From an uncultured Clostridia bacterium (GTDB lineage Bacteria > Bacillota > Clostridia > TANB77 > CAG-508): 64,000 bases of DNA. The notes below the pieces were generated by a model, which saw nothing but the letters and a program-made list of their open reading frames with translations, was not told the origin of the DNA and searched no databases. Location of the stretch: NCBI GenBank assembly GCA_934157035.1, contig CAKPHG010000003.1:8489-72488 (forward strand). Reading direction: 5' to 3'. How positions within the stretch are numbered: position 1 is the first letter of the stretch; each line of letters opens with the position of its first letter. The position numbers were made by a program, and so were the translations under genes. Positions 1 through 9,978 of this stretch are shown here, in pieces.

Positions 1-1226
1 TCTTCAAATCCTGGTAAAGTATTACTTTCTTCGTAATCATTATTTGCTTGTGCAAATCCTGGCAAAATATTGTCTTCTTCTATTGGTTGTATTTGTTCAA
101 AACCTGGAAGCAATGTTTCTTCATTATCATTTTCTTCCTGAACATTTACTTCTTGTATTGGATTTTTTCTTGGTCTACCACGTCTCTTTACTTCTTTTAC
201 CTCTTGAACTGCTACTTTCTCTGTTTTTTCCTTCTTAGGTCTACCTCTACCTCTTTTAGGTGTTTCAACAAATTCTTCTTTTTCTTCTATATTTGGCTGT
301 ACTTTCTTATCTAACGCTTCTAATTTTTCTATTACTTGCTCATTGTTTGTTTTTTGCACTCTTCTTACAGTGTTAGCAGATGGTATTATAACTGGCTTTG
401 TAAGCTTTTTCTCTCCACTTGGTATTGATTCTATTTTTATTCCGTCATTACTTATTGCTTTATTTGTATTGTTATTTCTATTTGATGTGTAATTAGATTG
501 ATAATTATTTAACTTTGTATTTTTTCCAGGTCTAAATGAAGTTAATTGTTGATATCTTGGGCAATTTGCTTCTAATACTGCCTTTACATTTAAAGGTAAA
601 AATTTTATAATAACCTTTAATTGTTCATCTGTATATTGTGCTGCAATATTTTCAAAGCTTTCAACATATCTATCTTCATTTCTTCCTAATCTTCTATAAT
701 GAGTTAGTATATTTTGAATTTCTGTTTCGCTAACATCATCTTCACTTTCTGGCTTATACTCTACATCATTAGAATCTATTTTATAATAAATTTTAGCCTC
801 TTTTTTTGATCTAGGTTTGTTTATTAACTTACATACTTCCTCTATACTTCTGTCTTGTCCAAGTAATGCACTATATACTCCTATTCCAAATAACTTTATT
901 AATAAATTATCTGATTTTGTACGACGATCTGTTGCAATTAAAATAATAGGAATATCTTCTCCTGCAGTAGTTGCTGCTTCATCTGATATATTATCTAATC
1001 TTTCAAATATAAAGTTATCAATTGTATCATAGTTATTACTTGTAAATGGTTCTAAATCTTCACTAATAACTATTCTGTCGTAGGTTTTATCTTTTTGTAT
1101 TTCTTTTAATATAGCATTAAAATAATATACATTTTTTCCTACTATTATTTCCTTATACATTTCTTGATATTTTTTTACAATTGATTCTGAAACTGCTTCA
1201 TTACTAACTGCAAATAAAACTTTCAT
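1..1226 (-). CDS. hypothetical protein, N-terminal part only (C-terminus beyond left edge); AT-hook-like RGRP motifs and LPGF repeats
   Basis: Open minus-strand frame from ATG 1226 to the window edge. RBS GGAGGGG lies 7 nt upstream, overlapping the end of the upstream gene. Absent from the ORF track because it has no stop in the window. Begins MKVLFAVSNEAVSESIVKKYQ. Tail has PKRGRGRPKK, KRRGRPRKNP and three LPGF(E/A) repeats. No family recognised. Confidence 0.5.
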   Translation of the reverse strand, partial: MKVLFAVSNEAVSESIVKKYQEMYKEIIVGKNVYYFNAILKEIQKDKTYDRIVISEDLEPFTSNNYDTIDNFIFERLDNISDEAATTAGEDIPIILIATDRRTKSDNLLIKLFGIGVYSALLGQDRSIEEVCKLINKPRSKKEAKIYYKIDSNDVEYKPESEDDVSETEIQNILTHYRRLGRNEDRYVESFENIAAQYTDEQLKVIIKFLPLNVKAVLEANCPRYQQLTSFRPGKNTKLNNYQSNYTSNRNNNTNKAISNDGIKIESIPSGEKKLTKPVIIPSANTVRRVQKTNNEQVIEKLEALDKKVQPNIEEKEEFVETPKRGRGRPKKEKTEKVAVQEVKEVKRRGRPRKNPIQEVNVQEENDNEETLLPGFEQIQPIEEDNILPGFAQANNDYEESNTLPGFE

Positions 1227-1229
1227 TTG

Positions 1230-1661
1230 TTAACCCCTCCAACCTTTTACTACTATTGCAAATATTAATGGTAATATTTGTGCAATGATAAATATTGTAA
1301 TAATAGATATCATTATAGCAAAACCTTTATCTCTTGTATCTAATTTACGAATTCCTAATACGTATTGGTAAATTGCACTAATTGCAACTCCCACAAAGCA
1401 AAATGGTATACTAAATATTTGCACTTTATTTAATAAATATGCTGTAAACCCATAAGACTCAGATCCGTATGCTTTTTGGTAATCTTCTAATGTTGTTTTT
1501 TCTGTATCTTTCATTTCTACTAATTTATTTACTGTATCGCTTTGTGTTGTTACGGCTTCATTAGATTTAGTTGTGTTTATTATTTTAGTGTTACTTGCTA
1601 ATACTACTGTACTTGATAAAATACATATAACAATAGCAAATACTATGGTAAATTTCTTCAT
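1230..1661 (-). CDS. small membrane protein (signal/TM segment plus C-terminal hydrophobic segments)
   Basis: 143-aa ORF. N-terminal MKKFTIVFAIVICILSSTVVLA, then hydrophobic stretches IFSIPFCFVGVAISAIY and IMISIITIFIIAQILPLIFAIVV. Stop lies 3 nt before the next start. Confidence 0.5.
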   Translation of the reverse strand: MKKFTIVFAIVICILSSTVVLASNTKIINTTKSNEAVTTQSDTVNKLVEMKDTEKTTLEDYQKAYGSESYGFTAYLLNKVQIFSIPFCFVGVAISAIYQYVLGIRKLDTRDKGFAIMISIITIFIIAQILPLIFAIVVKGWRG

Positions 1662-1810
1662 TTATTATTGCCCCTTCCTTGTATTTCTAATTTTTCTCTT
1701 TTTTGGCATAAATCTTACTTATATTATAATACAATAACTTGAAAAAAATAGCAAGAAAATATGAATATTTTTTTTATTTTCTTTTAGGGAAACTAGACTA
1801 AAATGAAAAA

Positions 1811-1830
1811 AAGATACTAGATAGTATCTT
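1811..1830. terminator. hairpin flanked by A-run and T-run, downstream of the MBOAT/DHHW operon
   Basis: aagatacta-ga-tagtatctt, with aaaaa upstream and ttttt downstream. Lies directly after the stop of the 1837 gene on the minus strand. Confidence 0.5.
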
Positions 1831-1836
1831 TTTATT

Positions 1837-2925
1837 TTACTTTAATGATGTACTATTATTTATTACTAAAATACTATATATAAATAATATGTCTTGATTT
1901 GAAAAATTAATGTATTCATTTAATATTTTAGGTGATATATATCTAGTATCAACTACTGTAATTTTTTTGTAACCTGATACTAATAATGGAATTAAACTGC
2001 TTGCATAAGAGTCTCTAAACACCACTAGTTCTTTTGTAGATTTACTTTTATCGTTTTCTATTGTTAATAATGGCACCGCACCTGATAAATATATATCATA
2101 TTTATCTAAACTATCTTTCTTAGACATATCATATATTTTTGTATATTCTTTTGTTTCATAATTATAAACTTTACAGTTTTCTAGAATATCATTGGTTAAT
2201 ACTTTTATTTCATCTTCTTGCGTTTTTAATGGAAGTTGTCCTGCATATGCTCCTTCAAATTTAATAATACTTTTTGCTTCATATCCATTTTCTATTTTTG
2301 CATTCATCTCATTTGCTATAATATTTGCTACTTTTAGTAAATTTTCTTGTTTCCAATGAGTATCTGTTTTATAATAGTCTGATAATTGTAATTCGTCAAA
2401 AATATTAATATATTTTGCAAACTGTAAATTTTCCTTTAACATGTATTCTATTTTATTATAATCTAATTTCAAATTGTCCTCATTTACAAAATAATTCTTA
2501 TCTGGAACTATTGAAAAATATATATTATTTTCATCTGTTAAATTTTCTTTTTTTATTTGAGTTATTTTATTTGCTATATTTTGAACTGAACTTTCATTTA
2601 AAGGATATGTTTGTCCTATTATATATTCTTTATATTTGTATAAATTATCATAATCTTTCTTTTTCAAAATGTTAAGTTCTACATTTGTTTTTAATTTTCT
2701 CATATTTTGTCTTTGAACAAATTGATCTGTTACATATAAGTCAAATTTCTCAAAAAATGTTCCATCAAATAATTTTGATATTGAAAATGAAGGTAGTTGT
2801 TCTAATCTTCTTCTTTCTGCTATAGAAATAGTGTCATCTTTTTTTATTAAATTTATAAAAAATATAAGTATAACAAAAAATAAAAACATTACTGTAACTA
2901 CAATATTTTTTACTTTATCTGTCAT
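1837..2925 (-). CDS. DHHW/AlgJ-like protein, partner of MBOAT O-acyltransferases
   Basis: N-terminal TM segment, then YYKTDTHWKQ (the D-x-H-W motif of DHHW/AlgJ-type proteins). Sits immediately downstream of an MBOAT gene. Start moved to ATG 2925 because the track TTG lies inside the RBS GGAGG. Confidence 0.7.
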   Translation of the reverse strand: MTDKVKNIVVTVMFLFFVILIFFINLIKKDDTISIAERRRLEQLPSFSISKLFDGTFFEKFDLYVTDQFVQRQNMRKLKTNVELNILKKKDYDNLYKYKEYIIGQTYPLNESSVQNIANKITQIKKENLTDENNIYFSIVPDKNYFVNEDNLKLDYNKIEYMLKENLQFAKYINIFDELQLSDYYKTDTHWKQENLLKVANIIANEMNAKIENGYEAKSIIKFEGAYAGQLPLKTQEDEIKVLTNDILENCKVYNYETKEYTKIYDMSKKDSLDKYDIYLSGAVPLLTIENDKSKSTKELVVFRDSYASSLIPLLVSGYKKITVVDTRYISPKILNEYINFSNQDILFIYSILVINNSTSLK

Positions 2926-2942
2926 TTTTTCCTCCAATTCTT

Positions 2943-4334
2943 TTAAAATCTAAAATACAAAAATGGATTATATGAGTTATCTACTAAATAAGCTGTAACA
3001 ATAATTAATAATACAATTATAAATATAGGTTCTAACAAATTTATAACTTTTTTTATACTTTTTTTCATTTTTAATTTTATTATACATTCTTTTAGTAACG
3101 GTGTTGCTCCTATTATTGAAACTAGAAGTATTATAAAGTATTTTTTTAAACAATACAATGTATAATCATTTATAAACACTTCTTTATTTATGCCAAATAA
3201 GCCATTTATATTGATTATTGCATCTGACATATTGTTTGCATTAAATATAATAAAACTTACCATTACTATAAAAAGTACATATATTCTTTTAAAAATGTTA
3301 GGTAACTTTTCTATATATTTTCCAAGCCATAATTTTTCTATTATAAGTATTATTCCAAACATTAATCCCCATATAACAAAATTCCAACTTGCTCCATGCC
3401 ATATTCCTGTAAGAGTCCAAACTATAAGTAAATTTCTTACTAATACCTTTTTCCCTTTTTTGCTTCCACCTAATGGAATATATACATAGTCTCTAAACCA
3501 TGAACTTAGTGATATATGCCACCTTCTCCAAAATTCCGTTATACTTTTTGATATGTATGGATAATTAAAGTTTTCAAGAAATTCAAATCCAAATATTCTT
3601 CCTAATCCTATTGCCATATCTGAATACGCAGAAAAATCAAAATATATTTGCAACATATAGCTTATTCCAAAAATCCAATAGAAAGCTGTGCTTTTTTCAT
3701 TTGTTGCTGTAAATAACTCACACAATTCTCCTAACATATTTGCAATTAACACTTTTTTGCCTAATCCTATTGTAAATCTTCTAACTCCATACGCAAATTT
3801 TTCAAAGGTATGTTTTCTATTTTTTAACTCTTCTTCTATTGTTTCATATCTTACTATTGGTCCTGCAATTAATTGTGGAAATAATGAAACATATGTTGCA
3901 AGATTTAAGAAATTTTTTTGTACTCTTACTTTATTTCTATATACATCTATCTCATAACTAATAATTTGGAAAGTATAAAATGAAATTCCTATTGGTAAAG
4001 CAATTCTTAATATTGGTATATTTACACTTAATATATTATTTATATTTTCTAATATAAAGTCTGTATACTTAAATATTCCTAATAAACCTAAATGTATTAT
4101 AATTATGCATATTAATATTGATTTATTTTTATACTTATCTATAAAAATTGCACCTATATACGCTATTAATATTTCAGCTAACATTAAAAAAATATATTTA
4201 GGCTCACCATAAAAGTAAAAAGCCATAGATGCTATAAATAGTATAAAATTCTTTGCCTTTTTTGGAACTATAAAATATAGTATTAATACTATAGGCAAAA
4301 AATAAAATAAAAAACTTATACTTGTAAAAAGCAT
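2943..4334 (-). CDS. MBOAT family O-acyltransferase (AlgI/DltB-like)
   Basis: 463-aa polytopic protein. Has a typical N-terminus MLFTSISFLFYFLPIVL and the conserved block EFWRRWHISLSSWFRDYVYIPLGG with the catalytic His. RBS AGGAGG. Confidence 0.85.
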   Translation of the reverse strand: MLFTSISFLFYFLPIVLILYFIVPKKAKNFILFIASMAFYFYGEPKYIFLMLAEILIAYIGAIFIDKYKNKSILICIIIIHLGLLGIFKYTDFILENINNILSVNIPILRIALPIGISFYTFQIISYEIDVYRNKVRVQKNFLNLATYVSLFPQLIAGPIVRYETIEEELKNRKHTFEKFAYGVRRFTIGLGKKVLIANMLGELCELFTATNEKSTAFYWIFGISYMLQIYFDFSAYSDMAIGLGRIFGFEFLENFNYPYISKSITEFWRRWHISLSSWFRDYVYIPLGGSKKGKKVLVRNLLIVWTLTGIWHGASWNFVIWGLMFGIILIIEKLWLGKYIEKLPNIFKRIYVLFIVMVSFIIFNANNMSDAIININGLFGINKEVFINDYTLYCLKKYFIILLVSIIGATPLLKECIIKLKMKKSIKKVINLLEPIFIIVLLIIVTAYLVDNSYNPFLYFRF

Positions 4335-4386
4335 TTTTTTCCTCCTATTAATAAAGCTTCCTTTTTAAGGAAGCTTTATTATTTTA

Positions 4387-4968
4387 TTATTGTACTATCA
4401 TTTGTGGTGGAAGATTTATATTTTCCTCTTCAGCTTTTTCTAGTTCTTTTCCTATGTTATTTCCTACATATTCTTTAAATTCATTATATACTGGCTTTGC
4501 CCAATCTTCACTAGACATTACCATAAAAATTGTGTTTCCATTGTTAGTTATATACATTTTTTCAGCTGAAACGCAAATCCATTTTGACATATTTATATTT
4601 TCCAACATTTCTTTTTTTATTTCTTCAATATTGGCTCCTGATTTTACTTTTACAGTAACTGCAGAATATGCTTGTGAAGACATTAGTGGTTCAGATGCAA
4701 CTATTTTTTCAATATTTTTATTTGATTTTAATCCTGTATATGCTTTAACTTGTGTTTCATCTTCTACTGAAATTTCTTGTGTTTCTAAGTTTGGTAACTC
4801 TTCTCCTAGCTTACTATAAATTGTCTTAAACATTTCTTTCATTTGTCCTACTGTTTCAATTTTACCTCCCTCGTTACCTTTGTTTTTGTTTATAATTAAA
4901 ATAGCTCCTAGTATAACTGCTAATATTATAACCGCAATTATAATTATAGTTATAGTTTGTTTTTTCAT
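4387..4968 (-). CDS. membrane-anchored extracytoplasmic protein, possibly DUF4358-type accessory of the MBOAT/DHHW locus
   Basis: 193 aa with a single N-terminal TM segment, first gene of the three-gene cluster. Family assignment rests on gene context only. Confidence 0.4.
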   Translation of the reverse strand: MKKQTITIIIIAVIILAVILGAILIINKNKGNEGGKIETVGQMKEMFKTIYSKLGEELPNLETQEISVEDETQVKAYTGLKSNKNIEKIVASEPLMSSQAYSAVTVKVKSGANIEEIKKEMLENINMSKWICVSAEKMYITNNGNTIFMVMSSEDWAKPVYNEFKEYVGNNIGKELEKAEEENINLPPQMIVQ

Positions 4969-5119
4969 AAGTATATCCCTCCTAATTTTTTCTTAATTAT
5001 ACTTTAACATATTTTATAAAAAAAATAAACACCTTTTATTAAAAATTATTTTTATCTAATTTGTATATTTGAATTTAATATTCAATATACTTATATAAAA
5101 ACATTTAGTGAGGTATTTT

Positions 5120-5578
5120 ATGAAGAATTTTGGATTATATTTAAAATCTATTTTATTTCCCGTTATAGTTGGTGGAGTTGTTGGTATTATTATTTCAAAC
5201 TTTATGGATTATAGTGCTCTTTTAAAACCTCCTTTAGCTCCTCCTAGTATTCTATTTCCTATAATGTGGACTATTTTGTATATATTAATGGGTATTTCTT
5301 ACGGTATAATTAAACAAAAGTCTATATTAGATATGGATGTCCAATTTATTTATTACTTACAGTTATTTGTAAATGCTTTATGGTCAATATTCTTTTTCGT
5401 ATTTAAAATAAGACTATTTTCTTTTTTCTGGATAATTTTACTTGCTTTACTTATTTTTATAATGATTGTTAAATTTTATCAGAAGAATAAATTATCAGGG
5501 CTTTTACAAATTCCTTATTTTGTATGGGTTCTGTTTGCTTCTTATTTAAATTTAGCTTTTTATATATTAAATAAATAA
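5120..5578 (+). CDS. tspO: TspO/MBR family tryptophan-rich sensory protein
   Basis: Five hydrophobic segments with Trp-rich motifs (PIMWTILYILMGISYG, NALWSIFFF, VWVLFASYLNL). Start moved to ATG 5120; the track start GTG lies in the RBS GTGAGG. Confidence 0.75.
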   Translation: MKNFGLYLKSILFPVIVGGVVGIIISNFMDYSALLKPPLAPPSILFPIMWTILYILMGISYGIIKQKSILDMDVQFIYYLQLFVNALWSIFFFVFKIRLFSFFWIILLALLIFIMIVKFYQKNKLSGLLQIPYFVWVLFASYLNLAFYILNK

Positions 5579-5618
5579 TATATAAAACATTTTATATTAT
5601 TTACTTTTATGTTTAAAA

Positions 5619-5646
5619 GGTGGTACTTTTCGTACCACCTTTTTTA
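5619..5646. terminator. bidirectional intrinsic terminator between tspO and sigK
   Basis: ggtggtac-ttttc-gtaccacc followed by a T-run and preceded by aaaa. Confidence 0.6.
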
Positions 5647-6342
5647 TTCTTCTATTTCTTTTGCCAATTTTCCTATAGCTTTTGTTTCTATTCTAGATAC
5701 ATACGAGCGAGATATTCCCATTATTTTTGCTATTTGATTTTGCGTTCTTGGCTTCTTTCCATCTAATCCAAACCTCATTTCAATTATCATTTTTTCTCTA
5801 TCTTTTAATACTTCTTTCATTTTTTCATATAATTTCTTTATTTTTATTTTTAAATCTACTTCTTCTTCTATATTTTTCTCACTATTTTCTAATACATCTT
5901 GTAAAGTTACTGTGTTATCATCTTTATCTTTTCCTATAGTATCTTCCAAAGAAACTTCTGCACCTATTTTCTTTACACTTCTTAAATGCATTAAAATTTC
6001 ATTATCTATACATCTAGAAACGTATGTTGAAAGCTTTACATTTTTACTAGGTTTAAAACTATTTATCCCTTTTATTAATCCTATTGTTCCTATTGATATC
6101 AAATCATCTTGTTCAACTTTTGTAGAAGCATACTTTTTGCATACATGTGCTACTAGCCTTAAGTTTCTTTCTATTAGTATATTTCTTGCTTCTTCATCTC
6201 CTTCTTTTAACTTTTGTAAATATATTGTTTCTTCTTCTTGAGTTAATGGTTCTGGAAATAGTTGATTATTAGATATATATCCGACCACAAATACTGCTGA
6301 TTGTAAAAAAGCTAGAATACCTGAAAATGTTAAAGCTAGCAT
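5644..6342 (-). CDS. sigK: sporulation sigma factor SigK (pro-sigma-K), uninterrupted
   Basis: Pro-sequence and YISNNQLFPEPLTQEEE match B. subtilis SigK (YVKNNAFPQPLSSSEE). Also has LIERNLRLVAHV, DLISIGTIGLIKG and ISRSYVSRIE. No intervening element within it. Confidence 0.85.
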   Translation of the reverse strand: MLALTFSGILAFLQSAVFVVGYISNNQLFPEPLTQEEETIYLQKLKEGDEEARNILIERNLRLVAHVCKKYASTKVEQDDLISIGTIGLIKGINSFKPSKNVKLSTYVSRCIDNEILMHLRSVKKIGAEVSLEDTIGKDKDDNTVTLQDVLENSEKNIEEEVDLKIKIKKLYEKMKEVLKDREKMIIEMRFGLDGKKPRTQNQIAKIMGISRSYVSRIETKAIGKLAKEIEE

Positions 6343-6463
6343 AATTAAGTTACCTCCGTTTTTCTTTTCATATAAAAATTATATGTTTAAAAAAAACAAA
6401 TGTGCCTGACCCTAAAAATAATACATGCATAGACATACTAAAAATATATCTATGCATATTTCT

Positions 6464-7552
6464 CTATATTTGATTATTTACTTTTTCTATTTTTTCGTTC
6501 ATTTCGTTTATATTAAATCCATCTGCTTTTTCATCTAGTATTTCATATTTTTCCTTTATTTTAATAATTTTTTCTACACTTTTATTTATTCTTTCTTCTG
6601 ATATTATTCCTTTTTTTACTTGCTTTTCTATGTATTTTATTATTTTTTCTATTTTTCTTGTTGAAAGTCCTATCATAACAATATCATTTCCTGCTAAAAT
6701 TGCTCTTTTTACAGCACCTTTCATATTGTAATGAATTCTTATCGCTAACATCTTCAAATCATCCGTTATTATTAATCCCTTATAATTGTATTTTTCTATT
6801 AAATATTTCTGTATTATTTTTTTAGAAAGTGAAGCCGGATATTTTTTATCTACATCTTTTATAATAAGGTGTCCTACCATTATAGCTTCTGCCCCATTTT
6901 TTATTGCAATTTCAAATGGATGCATATCTTCTCTTTCTAAAATTTCAATTTTTTCTTTTACTTTTGGAATTCTAAAATGTGAATCTTTTTTTGTAAGTCC
7001 ATGTCCCGGAAAATGTTTTACTACTGGAATTATTTTGCTTTTTTGCAGTTGTTTCATTACTTCTATTGCATTTTTTTCAACATCTTCTTTGTTTTCTCCA
7101 TAGCATCTATCTCCTATAGCATGTTTTTCTTTAAAGCGTCTTATGTCTAATATTGGTGCATAGTCCATAGATATTCCCGTTTTTCTTAACATTTCTCCTA
7201 TAATTCTTCCTGTTTCTCCTACTAGTTCTAAATTTTTAGTATTAGTAAATTTAGTAGCACTTTTTAGATTCAAAATTTCCGGAGGCATTCTATTTACTCT
7301 TCCTCCTTCTTGATCTACGCTTATTGTTATTGGTATTTTATTTTCTTTATTTTCTTCTTTTATATTATTAACTAAACTTAACATTTCTTTATAATTTTCG
7401 TAATTTTTCTTATATATAATTACTCCACCAATTTTAATTTTCTTTATAAGTTTATTAATTTCTTCTTGCTTTTTATCTTCTAATCCTACTATAAACATTT
7501 GTCCAATTTTTTCTTCGATACTTAATTCTTTTATATCCATATTTTTTTCCAT
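6464..7552 (-). CDS. nagZ: glycoside hydrolase family 3 beta-N-acetylhexosaminidase (NagZ-like)
   Basis: KIGQMFIVG, DQEGGRVNR, KHFPGHG and ITDDL motifs of the GH3 N-terminal domain; 362 aa. Confidence 0.75.
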   Translation of the reverse strand: MEKNMDIKELSIEEKIGQMFIVGLEDKKQEEINKLIKKIKIGGVIIYKKNYENYKEMLSLVNNIKEENKENKIPITISVDQEGGRVNRMPPEILNLKSATKFTNTKNLELVGETGRIIGEMLRKTGISMDYAPILDIRRFKEKHAIGDRCYGENKEDVEKNAIEVMKQLQKSKIIPVVKHFPGHGLTKKDSHFRIPKVKEKIEILEREDMHPFEIAIKNGAEAIMVGHLIIKDVDKKYPASLSKKIIQKYLIEKYNYKGLIITDDLKMLAIRIHYNMKGAVKRAILAGNDIVMIGLSTRKIEKIIKYIEKQVKKGIISEERINKSVEKIIKIKEKYEILDEKADGFNINEMNEKIEKVNNQI

Positions 7553-7723
7553 CCTTTACTGTTTTTATTTTAGCACATAATAAATTTTCACACAATATTT
7601 TTATAATTTGCTCATATATTATTTTTTTAAGAATAATTTATATTGTAGTTTATAGCTTGTAGATAAATAATTAATTTCTTTAATTATTAAGCCTTTAACT
7701 TATAATAAAAAAGGAATGATTTT

Positions 7724-8519
7724 ATGGACTTTTTAATTTCTGTTGGTAAAGGAATTTTAATAGGTATTGGTGCTGTTGTTCCACGGTATTAGTAGTGGAG
7801 TTCTGTGCGTTATATTTGGTATATATGAAAAATTAATTGACAGTGTATTAGGAATTTTTAAAGATTTTAAAAAAAATATAATATTTTTATTTCCTATTAT
7901 CTTAGGTACACTTATAGGTTTTCTATTGTTTGGAAACTTTTTAAACTATGCTTTTACTAACTTTGAATCAGAATGCAAGTTATTATTTTTAGGTCTAATT
8001 TTAGGTAGTGTTCCATCTTTAATACGTGAAATTAATTCTAAAAGTAAATTTAATTTTCATTATTTAACATACACATTATTTGCTTTTTTATTTGGTCTTT
8101 TTTTGTTTTTATTGGAAAATAAAATAAATAGTTTGAACTTTATAAATAACTCTAATTTTCTTTATCTTGTTTTTTCTGGTATTGCTATGTCTGCAGGAAT
8201 TGTAATTCCTGGGGTTAGTAGTACTGTACTTTTAATGTGTTTTGGCATTTATGACATATACTTGCAATCATTAGCAACTTTTAATTTAAATATTTTAATT
8301 CCTATTGGAATTGGCTGTTTGTTTGGTAGCTTTATTTTTCTATTGTTAATTAGATTTTTATTTAAGAAATACTACGCTCAAACTTCTTATTCTATTATTG
8401 GCTTTGTATTAGGAAGCATTTTTGTACTAATCCCTAGTACTTTTACCTTTACATCTATTTTTTTATTTTTTGTTGGTTTTATTGTTGCGTTCAAATTAGA
8501 AAACCTGAAGAAATGTTAA
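7724..8519 (+). CDS. DUF368 family membrane protein; frame broken at in-frame CGG 7784 (standard pipelines would call a pseudogene)
   Basis: ATG 7724 with RBS AAGGAA gives MDFLISVGKGILIGIGAVVP, then CGG TAT TAG. Skipping C7784 reads GISSGVLCVIFGIYEKL, the conserved DUF368 P-G-(V/I)-S-G-G region, and continues 245 codons. The track TTG start at 7767 has no RBS. Confidence 0.7.
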
Positions 8520-8566
8520 TTTATATTTTAATTGTTACCTTGTTAGCTTTTAATACTTACACAAAA

Positions 8567-8596
8567 ATAAGAGTAGATGTAATTCTACTCTTATTC
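8567..8596. terminator. hairpin between convergent DUF368 and U32 genes
   Basis: aataagagtag-atgtaatt-ctactcttatt. Confidence 0.5.
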
Positions 8597-8622
8597 TTAC
8601 TATATTTGTTTTATTATTATCT

Positions 8623-9852
8623 TTATTTTTTTCTTCTTAATATCCAATCTTTTTGAACTTCAATTGGAAGGCACATAACTACTTTTTGTTCTGCTTTTCC
8701 AGGATTTATATATGATATTTCTTCGTTTGTTTCTATATCCCATAATTTATCTATTGTGAATTTTACTGTTTCTATTTGTCCAGGAACTATAATTTCTAAT
8801 TCATCTCCAACTTGCAATTTATTTTTAATTTCAATTATAGTCTTATCTTGTATATTTTCTACTACTTTTCCACCAAATTCATAATCTGAATTATATTGTT
8901 TTCCTTCATATTCTTGTATATCTTTATTGTTTCTATCGTTAAAATAAAATGTAGTTAACCCTCTTGTTTTTGTTTTTTCTAATTCTTTTAGATACTTTGT
9001 ATAATCATAGTTTTCAGGATCTTTCATATAATCATCTATTGCATTTCTATATGCATTGACTACTGAAGCTAAATAATATTCTGTTTTTAATCTTCCTTCT
9101 ATTTTTAGGCTATCTACACCCATTTGTATAATTTCAGGAATCTCTTTTACTAAACACATATCTTTTGATGAAAAAATATAAGTTCCCTTATCATCATGCT
9201 CTACTGGCATTAAATTTCCCGGTTTATTTGTTTCTTCTACATATACATTATATGCCCATCTGCAACTTTGTGCACAATCTCCTAAATTTGCACTTCTTCC
9301 TGCTAAAAAATCACTTAAGAAACATCTACCTGAATATCCAAAACAAATCGCTCCATGAATAAATATTTCTACTTCTAAATCTTTTGGTTTGTTTTCTATA
9401 AGTTCCTTTATCTGTTTTTTATTCATTTCACGTCCTAATATTACACGTTTTGCTCCATTTTTGTACCAAAAGTTTGCTGCATGATAACTTATAGTGTTTG
9501 CTTGTGTACTAATATGTAAAGGAATATCTGGTGCATATTGTTTTAAAATATCTACTACTCCACCATCCGCAACTATTATTCCATCTACTTTTAATTCATT
9601 TAACATTTTTGCTTGTTCTATAATTTCTTCATATCTATCGTCCCATGCATATATATTTATATTAGTATATACTTTTTTGCCTATTGAATGTGCATATTTT
9701 ATTGTATTTGCTAAATCATCGTCCTTCATTTCTGCTCTTGTTCTTAAAGATAAACTTGATGTTCCTGCATATACTGCATCTGCTCCATACATAAATGCTA
9801 TTTTTGCTTTTTCAAAAGACCCTGCTGGGGCTAATAACTCTGGTTTTTTCAT
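8623..9852 (-). CDS. peptidase U32 family protein (YrrO/TrhP-like)
   Basis: MKKPELLAPAGSFEKAKIAFMYGADAVYAG is the typical U32 N-terminus. Cys-rich CFGYSGRCFLS...CAQSCRW region; 409 aa. Confidence 0.85.
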   Translation of the reverse strand: MKKPELLAPAGSFEKAKIAFMYGADAVYAGTSSLSLRTRAEMKDDDLANTIKYAHSIGKKVYTNINIYAWDDRYEEIIEQAKMLNELKVDGIIVADGGVVDILKQYAPDIPLHISTQANTISYHAANFWYKNGAKRVILGREMNKKQIKELIENKPKDLEVEIFIHGAICFGYSGRCFLSDFLAGRSANLGDCAQSCRWAYNVYVEETNKPGNLMPVEHDDKGTYIFSSKDMCLVKEIPEIIQMGVDSLKIEGRLKTEYYLASVVNAYRNAIDDYMKDPENYDYTKYLKELEKTKTRGLTTFYFNDRNNKDIQEYEGKQYNSDYEFGGKVVENIQDKTIIEIKNKLQVGDELEIIVPGQIETVKFTIDKLWDIETNEEISYINPGKAEQKVVMCLPIEVQKDWILRRKK

Positions 9853-9978
9853 TTTTTACTTCCTTCTTTTTTTTATTTACTTTTTTATTATAACATCTTT
9901 TATATAAAATATCTATGTTTATTATTTACTTTTTTTATTCTTTTTGATATTATTTAATAAATTATAGGGGGAATCAAT

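Noticed and set aside
44-314. Plus-strand ORFs in the track rich in Leu/Phe/Ile. Examples: 44..238, 48..314, 817..1032, 2415..2675, 3190..3489, 18878..19507, 30230..30682, 33279..33896, 41747..41965.
   Set aside because: They are antisense to longer ORFs that have clear homology or RBS support. Their low-complexity L/F/I/S composition is what A/T-rich antisense strands give by chance, and they lack RBS sequences.
5644-6342. Checked sigK for a skin-like interruption.
   Set aside because: The ORF is continuous from the pro-sequence to region 4.2 (ISRSYVSRIE) with its own RBS. No interruption is present, and the interrupted gene is spoIIID instead.
7779-7790. Dcm-type methylation (CCWGG) basecalling error as the explanation for the CGG sites.
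   Set aside because: Removing the C at site 1 would create CCAGG. The other four sites would give GTAGGA, AAGGGA, TGGGGA and ACTGGA, with no common methylation motif. This specific artefact model does not fit, although a different artefact cannot be excluded without reads.
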